From: a virus
Virus record (IMG/VR): IMGVR_UViG_3300045988_076310
Direction: 5' to 3' (one strand)
Length of the DNA: 63,174 bases
Numbering within the stretch: the stretch's first letter is position 1; each line of letters starts with the position of its first letter. The notes under the pieces were generated by a model. The model saw only the letters and a list, made by a program, of their open reading frames with translations. It searched no databases and had not been told where the DNA came from. The translations under genes and the position numbers were made by a program. Positions 55,526 to 63,063 of the stretch are shown here, piece after piece.

Positions 55526-55876
55526 TTACTCCTTAATTTTATAATACAGAAAAGAGTTTATAGGCTTTAGAAATCTTTCCATAAATTTTAGGTCAGATGT
55601 ACTTATCCACCAATTAGAAAATCTTGATATAGAAGAGTATGTGGTCAAAGCGTTTATATTTCTTGTTAATCCATTAGGGTCAAGGGTTATTATTATGCTA
55701 TGCATTCCCCACTTATCCTCTAAATAGTTCCTTGCTAATAAATAATAGTTAGGTGCAAAACGCCAACCATTAATCTCTAGTGAGGTACTAAGTAACACAA
55801 GTTTAGCGTTTTTATATCTTGGCTCTAGCTTCTTCAAAATCCTTTCCCTTTCTTTAGCTTCTAGATAGTTCATCAT
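55526..55876 (-). CDS. Tandem paralog family member E
   Basis: AKLVLL, INGWRFAPNYYL, IITLDPNG, FSNWWISTSDL, SFLYYK. Confidence 0.65.
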   Translation of the reverse strand: MMNYLEAKERERILKKLEPRYKNAKLVLLSTSLEINGWRFAPNYYLLARNYLEDKWGMHSIIITLDPNGLTRNINALTTYSSISRFSNWWISTSDLKFMERFLKPINSFLYYKIKE

Positions 55877-56222
55877 TCCCCTCCTTAGTATAAAGAATAG
55901 GTACTAGGGGCTTAAGTGATTGCCTCATCTTCTGTAAATCTTCTGTGTCAATCCACCAATTAGTGAAACCTAATCTATCTAACTTAAGGGATAAAGCATT
56001 AGTATTTTTTGTAGGTTCTGTAGGGTCAAGAGTGATTATTAGGTGAAAAACCTCCCCTTCATAGTCAACCTCAGCACATTCAATCACTAGATAATAATTA
56101 GGTTTAAAGGTCCACCTATTTATAAATGCTTCTTGACCAAGCAAGACAAGTTCTGCTGTTTGCCATCTACCCGACTCATCAAACACCTTTTTCCTTTTCA
56201 GGGCTTCTTTTAAGGTCAGCAT
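55854..56222 (-). CDS. Tandem paralog family member F
   Basis: AELVLL, INRWTFKPNYYL, IITLDPTE, FTNWWIDTEDL, PILYTK. Clear paralog of member E. Confidence 0.65.
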   Translation of the reverse strand: MLTLKEALKRKKVFDESGRWQTAELVLLGQEAFINRWTFKPNYYLVIECAEVDYEGEVFHLIITLDPTEPTKNTNALSLKLDRLGFTNWWIDTEDLQKMRQSLKPLVPILYTKEGNDELSRS

Positions 56223-56223
56223 T

Positions 56224-56553
56224 TTACCATACCTCCCCTACTTTCATCAACTCCCATTCATCAAAGTCAACTGTATAGAGTCTCAAAGTTTTAAACTGTG
56301 AGTCCCAAACCTCAATCATACAGTCATCATCAACCATATATTTTTTGGTAATTTCACCATCTTGCAATGGTTGTTTAGGAGTTGGAAAGTCTTTGTCATT
56401 TTCCATAACGACCTCTAAACGACTCTCAAGGCTCTTAATTCGCTCTTGGTTGTCTTTTACGACCATCACAAGGGAAATACCAACAAACAATAACAACGCT
56501 GTTAAAACGGCTCCTACAGCCTTCAAAATACCTTCATTTTTCATCTTCATCAT
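56224..56553 (-). CDS. Membrane-anchored hypothetical protein
   Basis: N-terminal TM segment AVGAVLTALLLFVGISLVMVV. Confidence 0.55.
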   Translation of the reverse strand: MMKMKNEGILKAVGAVLTALLLFVGISLVMVVKDNQERIKSLESRLEVVMENDKDFPTPKQPLQDGEITKKYMVDDDCMIEVWDSQFKTLRLYTVDFDEWELMKVGEVW

Positions 56554-56753
56554 TTACCTTTCTTGTATACAGTTACTATAGGGTTTTTCATTGCTTCATC
56601 TTGTGAGGCTTTACGGATTGACTTGATATACTTTCGGTCAATTTCTGAAAAGTCTTCCACAAGTGAGATAACCCTCTTTGTCATTTTTCTATAGTTAGTT
56701 TTGAGTGAGAAGGGTTCAAACCCTTCAAACTCAATAATGTAATACTTAATCAT
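56550..56753 (-). CDS. Small hypothetical protein
   Basis: Packed ORF with overlapping stop/start on both sides. Confidence 0.5.
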   Translation of the reverse strand: MIKYYIIEFEGFEPFSLKTNYRKMTKRVISLVEDFSEIDRKYIKSIRKASQDEAMKNPIVTVYKKGK

Positions 56754-57169
56754 TAGATAATAAACTCTTGTAACTCTTTCTTTCCAACAAATTGTACTTT
56801 AGTATAAAATTCATCCCGTGATGGGCGATAGCTTACTTTAAAATCGTTACGCCCACAATACATAAATAATTGCACAAGTGCGTCACGGTCAGACTTACTT
56901 TGACCATAGATATGGGACACAAGGGGGAAAGTACTGAATTGCTCAAGCGTTACAATATTAGTTCCCCAATGGTCTAATTCAAAGATATCTGTTTCTTTGT
57001 TATAACGTGCTTGCCATTGACTTTTCAGGTCTCCGTAGCCATATCCTAACCATACGCGACCATTTTTATTTGCATATCCTTTAGATACTGCTTTTTCGAT
57101 AATTTGTTGTAATTGTTTACTCATTTTTCTAGTTCTCCTTAATGCTTGTTCAATTTTAAATACATTCAA
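56753..57169 (-). CDS. Hypothetical protein
   Basis: Packed ORF. Confidence 0.55.
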   Translation of the reverse strand: MNVFKIEQALRRTRKMSKQLQQIIEKAVSKGYANKNGRVWLGYGYGDLKSQWQARYNKETDIFELDHWGTNIVTLEQFSTFPLVSHIYGQSKSDRDALVQLFMYCGRNDFKVSYRPSRDEFYTKVQFVGKKELQEFII

Positions 57170-57479
57170 TCCAAGTTTGGAAATTTTCTTTTAATGATTT
57201 TTCATCATCCCAAAGGTCAAAGTCTTCGATATAAGTTGAATTAGTTACCATTTTAACCATTTTATCTTTGTAACCTTCTTTAGTGATAAGCTTAATATTT
57301 ACATGGTATACATTCCCCTCAAAACAGTTGAAACTTACAACCTCAGCACTAGTCACATAATAACTTTCAATCATACCACTTTCAGTACCATTTTGGATTG
57401 TTTCAATAATACCACCCATTGACAACATTTTCATTTTTTGTTTTCTCCTATGATTTTGTGATTTTATAAATGATAACAT
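57156..57479 (-). CDS. Hypothetical protein (likely start at 57434)
   Basis: AGGAG lies about 10 nt upstream of ATG 57434 (MKMLSMGG...). Confidence 0.55.
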   Translation of the reverse strand: MLSFIKSQNHRRKQKMKMLSMGGIIETIQNGTESGMIESYYVTSAEVVSFNCFEGNVYHVNIKLITKEGYKDKMVKMVTNSTYIEDFDLWDDEKSLKENFQTWIECI

Positions 57480-57520
57480 TTTGTAACCGTTGTTTCCAAG
57501 TTACCAAAGCGATTATATTA

Positions 57521-57733
57521 TTAGTCTACTGTAATTAGGTCTAGTACATAACTATCTTTGTAAGGTTTTACAAGGTATTTCTTTTCTGATAGTTGGATAA
57601 CACCATCACTATTTCTTTTTAGGTCATTGATATGCCATTCAAACTCTTCACTTGTCATCTTTTCAGTAGTATGTAATGTTGTATATACAACACCATCTTT
57701 TACTTGATAGTCATAAGTTTTTACACGTAGCAT
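57521..57733 (-). CDS. Small hypothetical protein
   Basis: Leader TCAAAATCAAAGGAGG precedes the ATG; the same leader occurs before the 57911..58198 gene. Confidence 0.6.
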   Translation of the reverse strand: MLRVKTYDYQVKDGVVYTTLHTTEKMTSEEFEWHINDLKRNSDGVIQLSEKKYLVKPYKDSYVLDLITVD

Positions 57734-57910
57734 AAGCTACCTCCTTTGATTTTGATAGTGTTTAGATGTTTTTGGCTTGTCTCACTAGCTCTATGCTCCT
57801 TATCATAAGAAGGTAGTCACTAGATTGTTGATAGCTCCTAGGTTGCTATTCCTCAACCTTATGCCCCCTAACCCCTTGCAAGGTTAGAGAATAGCTTAAC
57901 TATTAAGGGC

Positions 57911-58198
57911 TTATTTTGTGTTTTCACGTTTCCAATCTAAATAGCTGTAGTAGTCTTCTGAACTCATTCTATGATAGCCTCTAGCTTCCATATTTGAAAG
58001 GATACGCTTCACGTCTCTTTGTAACATTGTGTCACTGTTAATATAGCCTGCACTGTAGATATTTACAACCGTGCTATGAGACTGACCATAGATGAAAGTT
58101 TCATTCTCATGGTCAATCATGATAAATAAGCGATATCCGTTAGTTGTCATCTTTGAAGCGAATAATTCAGCTCCGTTTGTGTTGAATTTGTAAGTCAT
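57911..58198 (-). CDS. Small hypothetical protein
   Basis: Leader TCAAAATCAAAGGAGA and its own promoter at 58261..58289. Confidence 0.6.
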   Translation of the reverse strand: MTYKFNTNGAELFASKMTTNGYRLFIMIDHENETFIYGQSHSTVVNIYSAGYINSDTMLQRDVKRILSNMEARGYHRMSSEDYYSYLDWKRENTK

Positions 58199-58260
58199 AT
58201 CTTGACTCTCCTTTGATTTTGAATTTCTTGTAAGTGATAACCTATCCTTACTACACTACT

Positions 58261-58289
58261 ATGATATCAAATTTAGTAGTGTTTGTCAA
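58261..58289 (-). promoter_or_regulatory. Sigma-70-like promoter (extended -10)
   Basis: On the minus strand: TTGACA (58289-58284), 17 nt ending TGa, TATCAT (58266-58261). Confidence 0.6.
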
Positions 58290-58489
58290 CAGTTTTGTAA
58301 AGTTTTTTTAATTTATTTTGTAAATTTTTGTATAGTTTATAGCCTCCTTTAATTGCTTTTCTATAGTATCTATTATAGCATATTGTAAAGAAAATGCAAG
58401 TATTAAATGTAAATAAAATATAAATAGTCTGACTATATTTGACCTTTGTTTGACTAATTCAGTCTATACTATATGAATAGTAAATCACA

Positions 58490-58870
58490 AGATGGATAAT
58501 CAGATATTAAGGTATAGAATAAGGGTAAAGACTAGAGGTATAAAGGATAAGGAAGACTAGCACAGGGATAGCTAGCATATTGTACTATTTTATAATGGGT
58601 ATAGAATAAGGGGTAAAGTAGTGTAGTATAGTGTATAGGTATGTTGTATAGGTAAAGTGTAATGATATGTAAGTATATAATAAAGGTAATCTATCTATGT
58701 AATACAGCTATGCTATAGTATTTTATGGTGGTATGATATAGTGGTAGAGATGCAATGGTAAAGAGGTATAGTGTAGTGGTATAGTGTAGTGGTAATGTAT
58801 GATAGGATAGGATAGTATTATAGGGTAGAGAGAGGGAGGGATAGGGTTATAAGAGTATAGTAAATGATTG
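58490..58870. repeat. C-depleted (G/A/T-only on the + strand) repeat block
   Basis: Lines 58621-58680 and 58801-58860 contain no C at all, and there is about 114 nt without C from 58753 onward. Iterons: GGTATAGAATAAGGGTAAAG at 58511 and 58598, GGTATAGTGTAGT x2 at 58765-58790, and (GATAG)x3 at 58801. Confidence 0.85.
58823..58846 (+). other. G-quadruplex-type motif
   Basis: GGG-tagagaga-GGG-a-GGG-ata-GGG. Confidence 0.5.
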
Positions 58871-58946
58871 TTCACTCGCTTCCATTATCACCCCTTGCCC
58901 TTCTGCGTTAATGCTATTTTATTGAGGTAAAAGATGGAAAAATGTT

Positions 58947-59035
58947 AGGTCGATTAAAAATGCTAAAATAAAGAGGTAGTCGAGGATTTCCCTATTCACC
59001 ACTAACCTAATTAAGGTAAAAATAGGTCAACACCT
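58947..59035. repeat. Roughly 88-bp degenerate direct repeat, unit A
   Basis: AGGTCGATTAAAAA...TTTCCCTATTCACCA...TTAAGGTAAAAATAGGT aligns with the unit at 59134..59222 at roughly 70% identity by eye. Confidence 0.7.
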
Positions 59036-59133
59036 TATGGCTCTAAGGATTACACCCTCTACACTATTCACCAGTGAAGTCATAAGGGTAAAAGTGGGTT
59101 AAGCCTTAGAGTCTCAAGGGATTAGCTCGTTTA

Positions 59134-59222
59134 AGGTCGATTAAAAAGCAAACTAAAAAAGACCTCCTCTGATTTTCCTTATTCAGTAGTGAAGGTCTTA
59201 TGGTTAAAATAGGTTATGGATA
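59134..59222. repeat. Roughly 88-bp degenerate direct repeat, unit C
   Basis: AGGTCGATTAAAAA...TTTCCTTATTCAGTA...TTATGGTTAAAATAGGT. Partial units carrying the ATTCACCA...TAAGGGTAAAAGTGGGT core occur at about 59066-59098 and 58921-58940. Confidence 0.7.
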
Positions 59223-59310
59223 AATGTTATTATGGACTTTTGCTGATGAGGTTTAGAAGACTTAGAAACCATAGTAGAATAGTATCAGTTTAGCTGTAAA
59301 GACCTGAGTG

Positions 59311-60282
59311 TTAGAATGAGTGACTTTCAGGAAGTGATTTAGCATAACGGTGATAGCGGATGAACTCTCTAAGCCTATTAGACTGCTCTCTAGTAGACTT
59401 AGGATTGTTGTAGAGACTATCTAGCTTGCTGAGGATTGTGTTGAAGAAGAAGTCTATAGGATGCGTATGAGAGCGTTCTAGGATGAGCTCTATACGTTCT
59501 GTGAGAATTGGCTTGCTGTTTTTGAATGAGATGTAATAGGCTTGTTCTGAGGGGAAGTTATCCCTGATGAAGTTCTTAAGGTATTTGTACCTTGTGTATT
59601 TAAGGATACGTGCTGTGATGACCATCTGATAATCAGGATATTCTCTGACTACTGTGGTATTGTGTTCATAGTGTTCTAATAACCAACGCTTAAGGTATTT
59701 CTTATATGCTTCTCTCTTTTCCTCCATTGCTGTGGACTGTGTGAGAAGATAAGCTGAATACATCTCAGGAGTGATGAACTCATAACCTATTGCTAACTTG
59801 ATGACCTTAGGGGTTAATAGACTACTTCCTGACTTGAAGGAGAAGAAGTCTACTGGTAACTTTGTGATTATTTGAAAGTCTGTTACGGTTAAGTCGTTAT
59901 AGCTGTTATATACTGTGGAATACACAAAGCTGATTACCTCCTGTGGAGAATAGTCCTCTGCTAAGCTTTTTATGAAGTCCATTACCTTACCCCTACCTAA
60001 GCTGTTATAAAGTCTCATGTAGCTGAAGGCATGAAGCTTCATAACGAATACATCCCTATTCACAAGAATATATAATGGTTTACGGTTGTAGACGATATCA
60101 TCATATTCCACTTCTGTGTCTAAATGATAGCACAAGAACTGCCTGATATTTTCCTTAAGGGTATAATCTGCTATTTTACCCTCCATTTTCTTTGCTAGTC
60201 TATAAAAATGTCCAGGAACTACGGAAAATCTGTCAATTCCTTGGTTATTAAAAGCTAGATTACAAATTTTACTAATCTCCAT
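59311..60282 (-). CDS. Hypothetical early protein (323 aa), first gene of the leftward arm
   Basis: AAAGGAG RBS and promoter at 60307..60335. No recognisable domain. Confidence 0.7.
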   Translation of the reverse strand: MEISKICNLAFNNQGIDRFSVVPGHFYRLAKKMEGKIADYTLKENIRQFLCYHLDTEVEYDDIVYNRKPLYILVNRDVFVMKLHAFSYMRLYNSLGRGKVMDFIKSLAEDYSPQEVISFVYSTVYNSYNDLTVTDFQIITKLPVDFFSFKSGSSLLTPKVIKLAIGYEFITPEMYSAYLLTQSTAMEEKREAYKKYLKRWLLEHYEHNTTVVREYPDYQMVITARILKYTRYKYLKNFIRDNFPSEQAYYISFKNSKPILTERIELILERSHTHPIDFFFNTILSKLDSLYNNPKSTREQSNRLREFIRYHRYAKSLPESHSF

Positions 60283-60306
60283 GACTACTCCTTTGTGTTT
60301 TTATCT

Positions 60307-60335
60307 AGACTAACATAATCTTACTATTTAGTCAA
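60307..60335 (-). promoter_or_regulatory. Sigma-70-like promoter (extended -10), leftward arm
   Basis: On the minus strand: TTGACT, 17 nt ending TGt, TAGTCT. Same architecture as 50636..50664. Confidence 0.45.
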
Positions 60336-60365
60336 TACACAGATGACTTATTCTTACCGATTTTC

Positions 60366-60465
60366 TATTGGGGGTAGATACAATCTAATATAAGATACTT
60401 ACTTAATACTATAATCTATAAGACTATAAGTAATTATCTTATATTAGATACTAATAACCCCTAAT
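60366..60465. repeat. GGGG...CCCC-bounded AT-rich palindromic element, copy 2
   Basis: attGGGGG-N14-TATAAGATACTTACTTA-...-TAAGTAATTATCTTATA-N14-CCCCtaat. The inner arms are 16/17 complementary. Confidence 0.8.
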
Positions 60466-60508
60466 GCTTATTTCACAGGTTTATAGTTCATAATCACTGA
60501 GTCCATTG

Positions 60509-60610
60509 ATTAGGGGCAGTTTCTATTCTATATAAGATACTTACATAACTATATAGATAATACTATAGTATTAAGTAATTATCTTATATTAGATATTATC
60601 AACCCCTAAT
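60509..60610. repeat. GGGG...CCCC-bounded AT-rich palindromic element, copy 3
   Basis: ATTAGGGG ... TATAAGATACTTAC ... TAAGTAATTATCTTATA ... CCCCTAAT with perfect 8-bp terminal inverted repeats. About 143 bp downstream of copy 2; both are followed by TTTCACAGGT. Confidence 0.8.
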
Positions 60611-60616
60611 CAAAAT

Positions 60617-60645
60617 TTGACACAGTTTCACAGGTATGATAAACT
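60617..60645 (+). promoter_or_regulatory. Consensus sigma-70-like promoter (extended -10), rightward arm
   Basis: TTGACA 60617-60622, 17-nt spacer ending TGa, TAAACT 60640-60645. Confidence 0.65.
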
Positions 60646-60651
60646 TTAGTC

Positions 60652-61116
60652 ATGAAGATACTAAGTTTAGACCTATCGTCTACCAGTTCAGGCTATGCTG
60701 TGTTAGAAGATGGTAAAATAATTGATTATGGGACTATCAAGAGCAATGACCCTGATTATGTCATCAGAGGTCACTACATGGCTGAATTTGTGAGAGTGTT
60801 ATTTTCCAAGTATGGTAGTTTTGACATTGTGGTAATCGAAGAACTAAAGGTACTTAAAAATCAGAAAGTACTTGCAATGTTAGGAATTATCCAGGGAATG
60901 GTTATTCGTGAGTGTTTTAGTTCACAGGTGGAGTTTATTCCTCCTACTATGTGGAGAAAGCCTTATGGATTGAATGGTAAGCGAGAAGAGGCTAAAAAGA
61001 AGGCTATCCAGTTCTGTAAGGACAAAGGTGTAGAGGTTAGTTCAGATGATGAAGCTGAAGCTATACTACTAGGAAAATATTTCTCAAAAAGAGTTGACAG
61101 TAACCTATCTGTGTGA
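60652..61116 (+). CDS. RuvC-like Holliday junction resolvase
   Basis: MKILSLDLSSTSSGYAV (catalytic Asp context), VVIEEL and DDEAEAILLG fit the RuvC-fold acidic residue pattern. Confidence 0.7.
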   Translation: MKILSLDLSSTSSGYAVLEDGKIIDYGTIKSNDPDYVIRGHYMAEFVRVLFSKYGSFDIVVIEELKVLKNQKVLAMLGIIQGMVIRECFSSQVEFIPPTMWRKPYGLNGKREEAKKKAIQFCKDKGVEVSSDDEAEAILLGKYFSKRVDSNLSV

Positions 61117-61164
61117 TATACTGTTTATATCTCTGAAACGAAGGACAGTTGAGCTGTCCTCTAT

Positions 61165-61235
61165 GCCCCTGTAGCCAAGTGATAAGGCAACTGGTTGCAA
61201 CCCAGTGAGCGTAGGTTTAAATCCTATCAGGGGCT
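61165..61235 (+). tRNA. tRNA-Cys (anticodon GCA)
   Basis: Hand-folded cloverleaf. Acceptor GCCCCTG/CAGGGGC; anticodon stem ACTGG/CCAGT with loop TTGCAAC; T arm GTAGG-TTTAAAT-CCTAT; 4-nt variable loop; discriminator T. Confidence 0.8.
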
Positions 61236-61365
61236 TTGGTAATTACCCATTACCTTTCCTTTCTTAATGCCCTAAAATTGTGAGAGGTCTTAGGGCTATT
61301 GCGGTTGTTTACCGTTGGTTGATATCTCCTTATGAGGAAAGAGGGTTTCAGCAACCCTCCTTTTG

Positions 61366-61448
61366 CACAGCGTAACCGCACAGGTCTTCTAAACCTGTCT
61401 CATTAAACTGCGGGAAGGACGAGTCGAGGTTCAATTCCTCCGCTGTGT
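61366..61448 (+). ncRNA. tRNA-like element (degenerate or atypical tRNA-Arg UCU?)
   Basis: 7-bp acceptor-like stem CACAGCG/CGCTGTG. Perfect anticodon-type hairpin CAGGT-CTTCTAA-ACCTG (UCU). T-loop GAGG-TTCAATT-CCTC. There is no normal D arm (only about 6 nt) and a roughly 26-nt extra segment precedes the T arm. Confidence 0.35.
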
Positions 61449-61463
61449 ATACGAGGTTTATTT

Positions 61464-61988
61464 ATGGAATTTAAACTTGATAAGGGTGTAGGTTATATGT
61501 ATTGTTATAATCCATCACACCCACTTGCTAATAAAGCAGGTAAAGTGTATGAACACAGGTATGTTATGTCTTTACATCTAGGCAGATGGCTAACTCGTGA
61601 TGAAGTTGTCCATCACAAGGATGAAGACAAGACTAACAATAGCTTAGATAATTTAGAGCTTACCAATGCTTCAGAGCATGCAAGGATACATGCAAAGGAG
61701 AGAGGTTGCGTACACTATGAGCGTTTGTGTGACTTTTGTGAAAAACCATTCTGTACCACAAAGTCTGAAGCAAAAAGATTTTGCTCACATCATTGTGCTA
61801 CAAAGAGCACAAGAAAGTTTGAAGTTTCTAAAGATACCCTAGGCAAGCTCCTATGGGAATATCCAACAACACATATATCAAAAATGTTTGGTGTTAGTGA
61901 TAAGGCTATCGAAAAGAGAGCCAAGAAACTTGGATTAAGTAAACCTCCTAGAGGTTATTGGGCTAAATTAAGCTCAGGTAATGTCTAG
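61464..61988 (+). CDS. HNH (HNH_3-type) homing endonuclease-like protein
   Basis: VYEHRYVM...VVHHKDEDKTNNSLDNLELTNASEHARIH, plus a C-terminal HTH-like FGVSDKAIEKRAKKLGL. Confidence 0.8.
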   Translation: MEFKLDKGVGYMYCYNPSHPLANKAGKVYEHRYVMSLHLGRWLTRDEVVHHKDEDKTNNSLDNLELTNASEHARIHAKERGCVHYERLCDFCEKPFCTTKSEAKRFCSHHCATKSTRKFEVSKDTLGKLLWEYPTTHISKMFGVSDKAIEKRAKKLGLSKPPRGYWAKLSSGNV

Positions 61989-62023
61989 GTAACTATGTTA
62001 AAAATTTTTGGAGGTACTTTGTT

Positions 62024-62383
62024 GTGACTAAACATAGCAAATTATACTCTGAGACTATGCGAGAGCTTAGCTTGCTTGATGAAGACTCTCTCAAACTATA
62101 TCAAATGCGGTGGGGACTGATTGATGTAGATGAGGTGATTGTCAGCAAGGTAGGCTTTGCTGTGTATAATAACATTCCTCCTGCTACACCTGTGGCTAAG
62201 AATGCTATGCTTCAAATCATGGCTTCTTACGAGAATAGCTTTGACCGTAAAGAGTGGGCTGACCGTATTGAAGGTAAGGCTACACAAACTACTGTCAATG
62301 TCAATCATGACACTAAAGATGGTGTTGAGGAGCTAAAAAATTATACTAAAGCTAAATTGGATGAACTTTTTGGAGATATGTAA
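62024..62383 (+). CDS. Possible terminase small subunit
   Basis: 119-aa ORF (GTG start after GGAGG) between the HNH and packaging genes. The call is positional only. Confidence 0.3.
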   Translation: MTKHSKLYSETMRELSLLDEDSLKLYQMRWGLIDVDEVIVSKVGFAVYNNIPPATPVAKNAMLQIMASYENSFDRKEWADRIEGKATQTTVNVNHDTKDGVEELKNYTKAKLDELFGDM

Positions 62384-63063
62384 TGGCTTCACATAATCCA
62401 CAAGAGCACCTGTTTAATAAGCATATCACTTCTGTGACAGATTTAATTAAGGACTATGTATCTTCTGTTGTGTATGGTGGGGATTATATTACAGCAGAGA
62501 CAGAAATCATTAATTATCTCACAGATATGTACTCAGAGTCATTTCTAGGGGAGATTGACTATATTCTAGATGTATTAGGGTATAATGTTACTCCTCAAGA
62601 CCTTATTGAAGTCAGAAACAAGGTAGACACCACAGCTTTTGTGCGAAGTAATCGTCACAGACTTAAGGATATTTTTCGAGAACACACGAAGAAAATTCAG
62701 AAGCTTGTTGAGGATAACAAAGACACAATGAGTAAGGAGGCTATTCTTGAGACCTATTGGAGCAATATTGATAGATTAGCTATCAGTGAAGTTCAGATGG
62801 GTATTGAGAAAGCTTCAGTGCAAGGCTCTAAGCTATTTGAAGAGGTTACAGGGGTTAAGCTCCTTAAAACATGGAACTCAGTAGGTGATGAGAAGACTTG
62901 TCCAATCTGTAGAGCTATGGATGGATTGACTATTCCTGTGACTGATAGCTTTCAGGCTGTTGCTCCTTCAGCATATATTTCTGAAGAACTAAGCTACACA
63001 GGAGGAGATATCGTATATGCACACCCAAGATGCAGATGTTGGGTCACTTATTCAGAAGCGTAA
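62383..63063 (+). CDS. Head morphogenesis protein, Mu F / SPP1 gp7 family
   Basis: C-terminal signature GDEKTCPICRAMDGLTIP...YAHPRCRCWV. Confidence 0.7.
   Translation: MASHNPQEHLFNKHITSVTDLIKDYVSSVVYGGDYITAETEIINYLTDMYSESFLGEIDYILDVLGYNVTPQDLIEVRNKVDTTAFVRSNRHRLKDIFREHTKKIQKLVEDNKDTMSKEAILETYWSNIDRLAISEVQMGIEKASVQGSKLFEEVTGVKLLKTWNSVGDEKTCPICRAMDGLTIPVTDSFQAVAPSAYISEELSYTGGDIVYAHPRCRCWVTYSEA

Noticed and set aside
58870-59225. CRISPR-like array in the repeat region.
   Set aside because: The repeats are long (about 88 bp), degenerate (about 70% identity), irregularly spaced and only 2-4 in number. There are no short identical direct repeats with uniform spacers and no cas genes.
61366-61448. 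Phage-encoded tmRNA, suggested by GGAC followed by a T-arm-like GGTTCAATTCC near a 3' acceptor strand.
   Set aside because: The 5' acceptor partner lies only about 75 nt upstream. There is no room for a tag reading frame or pseudoknots, and the element has an intact anticodon-type hairpin. A degenerate tRNA is the simpler explanation.
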